Shown: positions 1-11,769 of the stretch, in pieces | Layout of the letters: each line of letters opens with the position of its first letter | Numbering within the stretch: the first letter of the stretch is position 1 | Assembly (NCBI RefSeq): GCF_036971445.1 | Contig: NC_091471.1 | Span: 200,694,001 to 200,758,000, forward strand | Reading direction: 5' to 3' | DNA from: Narcine bancroftii | Taxonomy: Eukaryota | DNA: 64,000 nt | Position numbers and translations under genes: made by a program | Notes under the pieces: generated by a model | The model's database searches: none | Seen by the model: the letters and a program-made list of their open reading frames with translations, nothing else | Told to the model about the DNA's origin: nothing

Positions 1-777
1 TTGAATATAACTTACATAATGAACCTATTGGTTCCGTCAAATAAATCAGAACATCATCATCAAATAAATTAATTGTGTATTCTTCATGAATAACCTTCAA
101 TTCTTTAATGTATCAGTCCAGTTCAGTTCTGCAAGAGGTTCAAGTGCTAATATAAATAAAGCAGGTGGTAAAGGGCATCCTCGCCTATTTGATCTACCAA
201 ATGAAAACGGAGTCAAGGCTTGCCCATTTGTTACAACTTTAGTTTTAGGACTATTATATAAAGCTTTAACCCAATTTATAAATATCCGTCCATCCCAAAT
301 TTTTCAAACGCCTCTAACAAAAAATCCCATTCTAGTCTATCAAACACTTCCTGCTTCCAAAGCAATTGCTACGCTTAAATCTCCCTTCTTTTGTGTTGTG
401 TATTATACCAAGTAATCTACTTACAGTATCGGTAGATTTTCTTTCTTTTAAACAAAGCCTGTCTGGTCCATATTTATCAACTTTGGTAAAGATTTTGTCA
501 ATCTATTAGCTACAATTTTTGCAATGATCTTATAATCTATATTTAACAAAGAAATCACTCTGTCAGATGATGGTTTTAAAGGGTCTCTACCATTTTTTGG
601 TATTACCATTATTATCACAAAAGAGAAAGATAACAGGAGCTTATATGTTACCATCACCTGAGATAATATACACATAAAAAGAGGAATCAATAAATTTGTT
701 CTTTATAAAATTCAAGCAGGAAACCATCTTCTCCCAGAGATGTATTACTCTGTAATATGCTCAATGCTTCCCTCACC
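1..777 (-). mobile_element. L1/Tx1-clade LINE ORF2 (RT) fragment, decayed
   Basis: ISLLNIDYKIIAKIVANRL...DQTGFV, RGCPLPPALF and FDDDVLIYL motifs on the minus strand. Confidence 0.85.
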
Positions 778-1545
778 TCTCAGCCCCCTGCTCTACTCAC
801 TTTACACTTACGACTGTGTGGCTCGGTAAGACAATAACACCATCTACAAATTTGCCGATGATACCACGGTAATGTGTTATATAAAGGAAGGTGATGAGTC
901 TCCATACAGGAGGGAGATTGAAAACTTGGTTGAATGGGGCACCAACAACAACCTTGCATTCAATGTCAAAACTAAGGAGCTGATTGTTGACTTCAGGAAG
1001 GGAAATCCAGAGGTATACAATCCAGTGATCATTGGGGATTCAAAGGTGGAGAGGGTGAGCAAATTTAAGTTCTTGGGAATCACTATCTCGGATTTTTCCT
1101 GAACCAAACACACTAATGACATCGTGAAAAAAGCACGTCAGCACCTCTACTTCCTCAGGAGTTTGCGAAGGTTTGGTACAACCCGAGAAGCACTGGCAAA
1201 TTTCTACAGATGTGTGGTGGAAAGTGTTCTGACCAGCTGCATCACGGTCTTGTATGGGGACATGAATACCCCTGAGTGTTAAGCCTTTCAAAAGTAGTAG
1301 GCATAGCCCAGGACATCACAGGCAAAATCCTCCCCATTATTGAGAACATTTACACAGAATGCTGCCATTGGACAGCAGCAGCAATCATCAAGGATCCACA
1401 CCACTCAGAACATGTTCTGTCTCGCTGCTGCATCAGGGAAGAGGTTATAGGTGCCACATGACTCACACCACCAGGTTCAGGAACAGCTGCTATCCCTCCA
1501 CCATCAGACTCCTCAACAATAAACTCAATCAGGGCCTCATTTAAG
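778..1545 (+). mobile_element. Rex1/Babar-type LINE, 5'-truncated
   Basis: LSPLLYSLYT.DC, KFADDTTV, NVKTKELIVDFRK, FKFLGITIS, AAAIIKDPHH, RFRNSCYPSTIRLLN. Confidence 0.85.
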
Positions 1546-2719
1546 GACTGTTCCCTGTGCACTTTAGTAACAAGATAAACCAACTTTGATTTCTTCCCTT
1601 TCATTTGATCAAGTAATATCTGCTGATCAAATATCAAGACAAAAAATGACCACAATTGATTCCCATGGTCACAATGATGATTGTGTAACTAAACTGTTAA
1701 ATCTGTGAAGTATCTATTTGTTTATATATCAGGGGTTGTAGGTCAATTGGGTGTAATTGGGCAGCATGGGCTCTTGGGCAGATTTCTCCTGTTACTGTGC
1801 TGTATGTGTAAATTTAGATTTAAAATGTCGTCTGATCTGACCATCCGAGTAGAGGGGTTTCCTCTGGCTGTTAGTGTCCTCGCATATCCCAAAGATATAA
1901 AGGATGCTTGGTTAAATGGCCATTGTGTGGGTGAGTGGGAGAATCTTGGGGACAGTGCAGAAAAAATAAAAAGTGACAATTTAAGATTAGTGTAAATAGG
2001 TGGTTGAAGGTTGGTCATGGACTCTGCAGGCCAAAGAGCCTGTTTCTGTGCTGCATTACTCCAAGTGAATGAACCTCTGTCCTTTCATTTTACTTCAGTT
2101 GCAAATAATTGGTTAATCAGTGCCCACATTGAGATTTACACTTCATGAAATTACACTGGGTTAACACCCTGAAGTACCAAGTTTGCTAAGAAATCATACT
2201 GGGCAATTTTTGACAAATAAGAAATTATCACAGATATGCAAACTCAAATGTCACATCAAATTTGAAATAATGGAGAGCGACTAAGCAAGCCTTACAACTG
2301 TTAGCACATTTAACATCAAAAAATGGTCTTTATTCATTATCTTTATTTAAACAAGGGAGCTGGTCATAACTGCTGAACCTAGACAAGAAGATGCTCTATT
2401 AATATGGCAAGTATTTGACTGGTATAACAACACGCTAATCCTGACGTTCAGAGCTGATAGAGGAGCTGAAAGCTTTCAATAATAAAGGATGTTAATAAAG
2501 GATAATTTAAGCTTTGGATGGTTATCATGGGAAATGAAGATCTTAATTCCCCACATCGGCTCAAACTCTGCTGACATGCTAAGAAAATTGCAAAATTTGC
2601 ATATTTTATTTCAACATTATTTGTCTGGAAATTAATTAAATGTAAATATATTTATCAAAGAGAAGTATATTGACAGCAATGGAGAGTGCTCATGTTCAGG
2701 CATTTTGAGATCAAAAAAA

Positions 2720-4170
2720 GAGGTGGTGTTGGGTCTTTTGAGGAGCATTGAGTAGGATAAGTTTATTGAAAGGGGCAAGTGAAGAGATTGCTGGGGCCTT
2801 GATAATCACCTTCACATCTTCAGTAGTGACAGAGTCGTCACAGAGAATTGGAGAGTAACTCAAGAAGGAAAAAAGGTAATCAGGAAATTATACACTGGTA
2901 AATGTCACATCAGTAGTAGGGAAATGACAAAAAAAAACAAGAAATAGAAAACATCACGGTCAGATTAGGGAGAGTCAACATGTTTTTGTGAAGAGAAGGT
3001 CATATCTTAACAATTTGAGTTTTTTTGACAAGGTGACAAAGATGGTTGATTGGATAAGGTATTGGATATGGTTGACATGAACTTTTGTAAGGTGTTTGAC
3101 AAGGTCTCTCATGGTAGGCTGACTCAAATAGTGAAAATTACAGGCCCCTTAGCGAGTTGATGGTTTGCATATGGAATTGACTGGCCCACAGAAGATAAAG
3201 AGTTATGGTGGAAGGCTGTTACTCAGGTTGGAGACCTATGACCAATGGCATTCTGCAGGGATTGGTGTTGGGACCCCTATGATCTGTGATAATTCTGTAT
3301 TATATATAAATCACTTGGATGTAAAAGTAGATTTGCAGTCAAAACAAAGAATGATGGAATAGTGGACAGTGGAGAAGGCCATCAAGTAATCTAATTGGAT
3401 GTAGATCAGTTACTGATAAGGGCAGAGAAATGGCTGATGGTGTTTAATCTGGACAAGTGTAAGGTGTTTAGAAGGTTAAACGTAAATGAAATGTATAAAT
3501 TTAATGCAAGGGCTCTTAAAATTTTTGATATACAGAGGGATCTGGGAGTCTAAGTTCAAAGATAATTGAAAAAGGCATATAGCATGCATGTCTTAATTAT
3601 GTGGATTACTGAGTGCAAAAGTAGGGAAGTCAGAATGCAGTTAAATCAATATTTGGTCAGGCTACACTTGGAATACTATGCACAATTCTGGTCAGGCCTA
3701 TTACAGGAAGGAGGTGGAGGCATTGGGAAAGGGTAAAGAAGAGGTTTACCAGGATGTTGTCTGGTTTGGAGGTTACGATTTATGAGGATAGATTGGACTA
3801 ATGTGAACTGCTTTCTCTGGAGCATAGGAGACTGAGGGGAGACCTGATATAATCATGGAGGCATTAATAGGGTGATAGTCAAAATTGTCAAGCAAGAAAG
3901 GACATGCACTTATGGTGAGGGGGATGATCTTTCAGGGAGATGTCCATGGCAAATATTTTACACAGAGAGTGCCTGGAACATGCTGCCAGGAGTGGTAGTG
4001 GATGCAGATACAATAGTAGTATTTAAGAGGATTCCAGATAGAAATAAATATGAAGAGGATGGAGGTATAGTTATCAAGTGCAAACAGCAGAGTTTCAGTT
4101 TGATTTGGACATCATGTTTGGCAGAGAGATGTGGGACAAAAGGTCTCATTTGCATTGACCACTTCTACAA
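2720..4170 (+). mobile_element. CR1-clade LINE RT and 3' end, decayed
   Basis: SQH.FVK, NFCKVFDKVSHGRL and VRLHLEYYAQFWS motifs, followed by a typical CR1 3' region. Confidence 0.8.
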
Positions 4171-5272
4171 GATTTGATTTAAATGTTCTGAGCAATAAAA
4201 AAACTTAAAAATACCAATGTCATCAAACTTGACCGATCAATCTTTCTCTGGCCCATTATGTAATCAGCTGGAAAAGCCAAAATTATATAGATAACAATTT
4301 CAGGCCAATTTAAAAGAATAGAGAAATTCCATTAAAAAAAATAGAGAACAATCAACCACATTCTGGGAAACTATAGTAACTGGGAAGCACAATAATAATA
4401 TACACCTGCTTGACTTCTATAGTACCCAGATCCATTTGCCACTTGGTGATTCAGGCTTACTAGTATCATATGCATTTTATACTCTGGAAATTTGTTTCAG
4501 AAAATGAAAAATGTGAAAGGTACCATGTCCCAACATCCTCTCTCTTCTCTATCCAATGGAAAAGCCTATCCACTTTGACAATAATCTCCTGCTCGATGGA
4601 AGTGCCCACTGTGAAGTATTTGCATTGCACTTAGTCAAAAGAAATTTGGCACCTAAAACAATTTTTTCCATCAACTTTTGCATTCATTGAGATCTTGCAG
4701 GTAATCTCCCAAAATCATCATAAAAGTTGCTATATAATCTAATGTCAACGTTTAGTGAACAAATGTTTAGTGTCAGATCCATTTAGAACTGTAATTCATA
4801 CCTTCTACAACTATAATCAACATTACCAAATCTGACTACAGTTTCACAAGTAACAAACTTATTTCATTGATCTTGCAGCTTCACATAATTCTTCAAATAT
4901 CAAAGTTCAAATTGTTAACTTTTACTTCCTCGAATGAATATCAGTGTTTGTGTCAAAAGGTTTGATTTTTTTTTCCAGAAGTCACACTACAGATTGAACT
5001 TGATGATCAAGATTGCTGATCTCTTCTTCCAACTTGCCTCTAACTGAAGCCAAATTAATATCAGTAATATTCCAGTTTGTCATACTTGAGGTAAAGCAAC
5101 CACGATTTTCTATCAAATTAACTTAGCCTGTTTTTAAGATGTGGGAGGAAACTGGAGCACCAAGAAGAAACCTGCACAGTCAGAGAGAACATGCCAACGC
5201 TGCACACAAAACAGTCACAAGTCAGGATCAAACCCAGTTTTCTGGGAATGTGAGGTTGAATCAACTGCACAA

Positions 5273-5612
5273 GGGGCATCCATTACATAAAAGTGCTGCC
5301 ATATTAGGGGCATCCATTACATAAAAGTGCTGCCATATTAGGGGCATCCATTACATAAAAGTGCTGCCATATTAGGCATATCCATTACATAAAAGTGCTG
5401 CCGTATTAGGGGCATCCATTACATAAAAGTGCTGCCATATTAGGCATATCCATTACATAAAAGTGCTGCCATATTAGGGGCATCCATTACATAAAAGTGC
5501 TGCCATATTAGGGGCATCCATTACATAAAAGTGCTGCCATATTAGGCATATCCATTACATAAAAGTGCTGCCGTATTAGGGGCATCCATTATATAAAAGT
5601 GCTGCCGTATTA
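5273..5612. repeat. 34-bp minisatellite, 10 copies
   Basis: Unit GGGGCATCCATTACATAAAAGTGCTGCCATATTA, head-to-tail with no spacers; variants at GGGGCA/GGCATA and CCA/CCG. Confidence 0.97.
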
Positions 5613-7113
5613 GCCTTTTTAATACTTTCTTCAATTAACTCAAGAAATATAACTCTTTCTTTGAAAGGATAACACTTTCAGAAGGACCTATTTTGTTACT
5701 AGAATATGGAGCCAGAACCATAGGGTCAGGAAAAGTTCCAAAAATTGTATACAAGTAAAAGGGTACAGAATTAATAATGTTCTACACTTTAACCTGGAAA
5801 TATGTGCTGTCCAGAAAGCATTTACAAACAATGTTGTGTTCTGAACAAAAGCTATATGTACCCGTTGTGTGTGTATGATATATATAAGTAGAATATACAG
5901 ATGCAATGAAAGTCTCACTTGCTGCAACCTCCCAGATTCATAAAACACACTTACAACAATTCAAATATAATTAACCTTCCAGTTTTAAAAAAAACACAAG
6001 AGGAAGATAGAGGGATGGAGGAATAAAGAGATATTTGCAGTTGGTCAGTCAAGCAAAAAATGCAGACAGATCTTGGAGTGGTGTGATGGTCAGAGTAGTT
6101 CAAGATTCAGAGATGCTGAAAAAAAATTCTTGAACCTGGAGGTGCAGGTTTCTGTACCTTCTTCTTGAAGATAGCAGTAACAGGAGAGCATAGTGTGATA
6201 GGGATCTTTTATGATGCTGGCTGCCTTCTTGAGGCAGTGGTTATGTTGATATCTTCAATTAATTTAATGGCTTAAGTGACACAAAAGGTTTTTACTTCTA
6301 TTAAAAAAAACCAGAAGCTTACCATTACAACTACTAATCAAATATAATGTAAAATTAACAATTGATCTGTTCACTGTGTCCTGTTAAAATTGATCAGATA
6401 ATAAGTAATGCATGGCAACTTTAATATATTCTGTATTTCATAACTGGAAATCAATTGATTTCACTACAGTCCTAAATTAATTCAAATAAAAGTCAATGTG
6501 CAAGAATACATTTATTTTGTCTATTAAGTAACTCTGATCTATAACTTTATAGGAAAAGTTATCTTTAAGCTATATTTTTATTCTTTTTGTGTGATTAATA
6601 GAAATATAAATCATTTTACACTGAAAGTGGATTGCAGATATAAAGGTATTCCATTAATCTTAAATGGACACTCCAGAATCTATTCTAAAACTAAAATGTG
6701 AAAGCAGTAAAGTTATAAACAAAAATGTATGATGTGTCGATTAGTGTCTCCAAATATTCCTGGCATATTGATTCAGGCAGAATTTAATTTTGAAGCCTTG
6801 TGATAAAATGTCAATTTAAAAATTATTAAAGATGGAATAGTATGGGCAATATTTTTGAATGGGAGGCATCAAATACTTGTTATGAGGAGTTACATCATGT
6901 GAAGAAATAATTCTGAATTCTCACTGGAGCTTTGAGGTGAAACAACTGTCACGTCCAAGCTCAAACGATACATAAAACTTAAAGAAAAGTGGTCAGTGGT
7001 AGTAGAGTGGTCATTGTTCGTCTGGATTTCCAGAAGGTGTTTGATAAGGTCCCGCATAAAAGACTTATACAGAAGATAAGGAAGTATGAAATGGGAATGA
7101 TGTTTTAGCATGG

Positions 7114-7882
7114 TGTTGTGTGTGATCAAATCAGGCTCGGTGGGTTCACGGAGAAACGAGTCCAGACACAGGCTAAACAAGCAAAGGGTGATCTTCATTA
7201 CACACATGGGGAAATAGTAATGGGGCAGACACTCGGTACTTAAACAATGTAAGCAGTCACATCGGATACAGTGATCTTCTACAGTGATATAGTGATCTTA
7301 TACAGTGATATAGTGATCTTCTACAGTGATATAGTGATCTTATACAGTGATATAGTGATCTTATACAGTGATATAGTGATCTTATACAGTGATTTAGTGA
7401 TCTTATACAGTGATATAGTGATCTCTGATACCAGTGGTTGCTTATTCTCTCTCTCACATACATGCAGTAATATTCAGAAACTAGCACACACTTACTATAC
7501 AGGGACTTCAATACATACTCTTGGTTCCCTGTTCCAATGGGGTACAGCTCAAATCTAAGTATTCCCACAAAATACTATGGTCTCACTCTCAGTGCAGTGC
7601 ACTCCTTAAAAACAACTCAAGCAATGTCCACAGTTCATGACCTGGCGTAGAGCAGCATTCGCAGTCAGGAATGAGGAACAAAAGAAACCAGTCAGCTGCA
7701 TGTGGAGGATTTTTAAAGTATAGTAAGCTGTGAAGTATGGCTCAGGTAAGAACTAGGTGATTTTAAGAGGCTAATGGTCAGGTGTGCACTAATGGGTAGG
7801 CAGAGTCCAACCTTGAATGACAGGTGATTCCAACTAGGTTCCAGATGAAGAAGTCAAATGACCCTCTACAATCCACATTACA
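7114..7882 (-). mobile_element. Solo LTR (769 bp) with 5-bp TSD CATGG
   Basis: Termini TGTTGTGTG...CACATTACA; CATGG at 7109-7113 and 7883-7887; interrupts the CR1 cleanly. Orientation is tentative. Confidence 0.75.
7267..7424. repeat. 21-bp tandem repeat (~7.5 copies) inside the solo LTR
   Basis: Unit TACAGTGATATAGTGATCTTA. Confidence 0.95.
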
Positions 7883-8313
7883 CATGGATAAAGAAAGGAT
7901 TGATAGAAACCAGAGGGTTGGGGTGTCTTTCTGGTTGACAATTGATGGAGAGCAGGGTGCTCTAGGGGTGGGTGTTGGGCCCACAACTGTTCTCAATATA
8001 CATAAACTATCTGGAAGAGGGAATGGATTGTAGTAGATCCAAGTTAATTGAGTATAAAAGCAAATTGTACTGAGGATACAGAAAGTCAGCAGAGAGATAT
8101 AGATAGGTTAAGTGAGTGGGCAAGAGTACAATGTTGGCAAATGTGAGGTTACCCACTTTGGAAGGAAAAGTGGAAGATCATAATATTATTTAAATTGCAA
8201 GCAATTGCAGCATGCTGCCATGCCAAAGGACATGGGAGTGCTTAAGCATGAGTCACAAAAGGTTAGTTTGCAGGTGCAGCAGGCTATCAAGAAGTCTTCA
8301 TTTTGAAGACTTC

Positions 8314-9882
8314 ATGAATCAGAGGATTTGTAAGCTGTGAGGGCGAGATCAAGGGCCTAAGGCCAGGAACCCAGATCTCTACAAGAAGTCCAGATATGAT
8401 GCATAGGAGGTTATCTCTGCCACAAAGTGGCAATTTTGGAGGAATTATGGCAGCGAGTGCAGGCCATTACAGCCTACAAAATGAGGGTGAATACCAAAGG
8501 TGGCTGTGATGCTTCATTACCCAATGAGATGCCTGCTTTGAGAAGGAGAAACCAACAACGCTGACAAAAATCCGTCCAAAGGCTGAGGACCCTGTGATAT
8601 CTGTCTCCTAGGCAGACGTCAAAACATCCTTCAAGAGAGTGAACCTTTGCATGCCATCAGGCCCTGACAGCATCATAGGCAGGGTACTGACAATCTGTGC
8701 CAACCAACTCTTTGGAGTGTTCATGGACACTTTTAATCTTTCGTTGCTAGTCAGAGGTTCCCTCCTGCATCAATCATCCCAGCGCCAAAGAAGAGTAGTG
8801 TGAACAGCCTCAATGACTATTGTCCTTTAGCACTAACATCTACTGTGAGAAAATACTTTGAGGGGTTGGTCATGGCCAGAATTAACACGTACCTAAGCAA
8901 AGGATTCGACCCACTGGAATTTGCCCATCATTACAATTGGTCCATAGCAGACAAAATATCACTGGCTCTCCACTCAGCTCCGGATCAAAACGAAAACTCC
9001 AACTCTTCATAGACTATAGCTCTGCCTTCAACATCATTATTCCTTCAATAATGGTCAACAAGCTCCAAAGCCTGGACCTCTGCAATACAGTTGTTTCACC
9101 TCAAAGCTCTAATGAGCATTCAGAATTATTTCTTCACAATTATTTGATCCTTAATTTACCCATTGGAAGACCACAGTCAATTCGAATTGGAAACAACATC
9201 TCCTCTTCATTGACTATCAACACAGCTGCACCTCGATGCGTGCGTAGCCCACTGCTCTGTTCACAACCTTATACTCAACACTAACAAAACCAATGAGGTG
9301 ATCGTGGACTTCAGGAGGAAGTCCTCATTGAGGGCTCAGTAACTGAGAGGATCAAGTACTTCCATTTCCTGGGTGTCAACATCTCTTTGGATCTATCCTG
9401 GAGCCTCCATGTTGATGCAACCATGAAGAAGGATCACCAGAAGAATTTGGTATGTCACCAAAGAATCTCAAAAACGTCTACAGTTGTACAGTGGAGAGTA
9501 TTATGGCTGGTTGTATCACTGCCTGGTATGGAGGTGCCAATGTACAGGACAACAAAAAGCTCCAGAGAGTTGTTAACTCAGACTGCGACATCACAGGCAC
9601 CAGATATCACTCCTACAAGAAAGCAGTCTCTCTCCTCAAGGACCCCCACCACTCAGGCCATGGTCTATTCACTCTGCATCCATCTGGAAAAGGTTAAAGA
9701 TGAGTACTCAATGGCACAAAGACAACTTTTTCTCCGCTGCCATCAGATTCCTGAATGATCAATAAACAAAAGACTCTGCCTTACCTTGACTTATGTATTT
9801 TTGTAAGGTGGTTTATATGAATGTTTGCACTGTGATGCTGTCCCAAAACAAATTTGGTGCCTTGTTCATGACAATTAATTCT
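8314..9882 (+). mobile_element. Rex1/Babar-type LINE nested in the CR1
   Basis: LNDYCPLALTSTVRKYFEGLV, LFIDYSSAFNII and ESIMAGCITAWYGG motifs; ends in an AATTCTGA-type tail. Confidence 0.85.
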
Positions 9883-11664
9883 GAGAAGGCAAATGGAATG
9901 TTGGTCTTCATTGTTAAAGGGATTGAATTCAAGAATAGGGAAGCTATTCTACAACTGTATAAGATACTAGTGAGACCACATCTGGAGTACCGAGTGCAGT
10001 TCTGGTCTCCTGATTAAGGATGTATGTAATAGCTTTGGAGCAGTGCAGAGGAAGTTCACCAAGTTTATTCCAGAGATGAGGGGGTGAACCTATGAGGATA
10101 GATTGAGTCATCTGGGACTATATTCGCGGGAATTTAGAAGAATTCAAGGTAGCAGATTTAGGAAGATGAGGAGGAACTGCTTTTCCCAGAGGGTGGTCAA
10201 CCTGTCGAATTTGCTGTCCATGGAATCAATGGAAGTGACCTCAGTAAATATATTTAAGACAAGGTTGGATAGATTTTTACACAGTAAGGGAATTAAGGGA
10301 TAGGGGGAAAAGGCAGGTTGATGGAGATGAGCTTGGCATCAGATTACATTGAATGGTTGAGCAGGCTCAATGGGCCAGATGCCTACCCCTGCTTCTATTT
10401 CATAAGTTCTTATGACCCCTGCACTCCTGTGTGCTTTGGAGACATAGACTACCAACAGTAGGCACAACAAAGCACTGGGGACTTACCACTAACATTGCCT
10501 TGACAAAAGCCTCCAAATCTTCTGGTAGTACAAGTGAAGCTATATCAACATTCTCTCCAAGGCCAATATTCCCAGCACTGGGGCTGTTAACAATGAGTAG
10601 CAACATCAATCACAAACCCAAAAGAAGAAACAGGCATTTTATTCTGACCTCCTGCACAGCAAAATGGAGAAGAATCAGAATGGCATGGCAATTTTGGTGT
10701 CTCTTCATCAGGAGAATGTGCAAGTTCAATGAAAATAAAGCACCAGCTGCTATTATTCATTTGCATGCCTATTTAAGCATTTCCTGTTCACATGTGACAA
10801 AGAGTATGGAAACCACATGGGCCTTATCAGCTACTTCAGAATTTGTGAACTAAAGTGGAAGTGTCTGATGATCAACTCTGAGGAAATGCCCAAGAAAAAT
10901 TTAACCTTTTAATACCATAAACTGAGCATATCTTTACTGCTGCACCCAATTTTGTTGGAAAGGACCACCATTAAGCACTAGAGGAACCAAAATAGTTTTT
11001 CCATAGATTCATCAAGTTCTATAGCATGGAAACAGGCTCTTTGGCCTAACCCTTCCAAAACCTTTCCTACTCATGAATCTATGCAAATTAATTTTTTAAA
11101 ACCTTCTAATTACACTTGCCTCTAATATCTTCTCTGGTAGCTCATTCCATTTCCCCATAGCCCTCTAGTGAAAAACCTGCAGCTCATCCCCTTTAAATCT
11201 TTTCCTTCACATTTGGACTCCCATAACCCGGGGAAAAAAGTGACTAACTACCTGAATGATACCCTTCATAATTTCATGTTTGACATAATCTGATTCCAAG
11301 AATGGAAAAGCAAACTTTTATGGCTGGGAAAAAGCCAGAGTAAAAATGCATGTACAGTTGTAAATCACATAGATGTGGCGGCCCGCAATTGCAGAGATCA
11401 GGCCGGCATATTGCACGGCAGCAGATGCGGACAGAGATCACTAAAGCGACTCCCAGGACAACGAACTGGCGGGGGTAGATGCTGGGGCAGCAACAGACCA
11501 ACAGGCTGGGGAAGAAGGGCGCTCATATACATGGACATTCTCACCCGCTATTGTTATTCATATGGCTGACTCAGTCAATCAGCAAAAACGACCAGAACTT
11601 GAACAGTATAAAAGCAGCCTTTCCAGTCCTAATAAGGGAATGAGCTTAACCTGCCACACAGTAA

Positions 11665-11702
<38 letters not shown>

Positions 11703-11724
11703 CTTTGTAGCGGTCGGCTACAAT

Positions 11725-11737
11725 TGGTGACTCCGAC
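11725..11737 (+). promoter_or_regulatory. Primer-binding site complementary to tRNA-Trp
   Basis: TGGTGACTCCGAC versus TGGTGACCCCGAC (complement of the vertebrate tRNA-Trp 3' end), 2 nt after the 5' LTR. Confidence 0.85.
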
Positions 11738-11769
11738 AGTTTAGAAGGAATCTAAACCTAAACAAAGCA

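Larger units (their letters stand above)
7000..10415 (+). mobile_element. CR1 LINE split by two nested insertions
   Basis: LDFQKVFDKVPHKRL near 7025; resumes at 7888, breaks near 8294, and resumes near 9883 (KANGMLVFIVKGIEFKNREAILQLYKILVRPHLEYRVQFWSP). Confidence 0.85.

Noticed and set aside
5273-5612. CRISPR-like array (34-bp repeats)
   Set aside because: Units are contiguous with no unique spacers, there are no cas genes, and the context is a vertebrate intron.
7257-7568. ORFs with periodic RSLYHCI / YSDIVIL peptides
   Set aside because: These are translations of the 21-bp tandem repeat inside an LTR.
10431-10853. 140-aa plus-strand ORF
   Set aside because: No recognisable domain or exon structure; compatible with chance.
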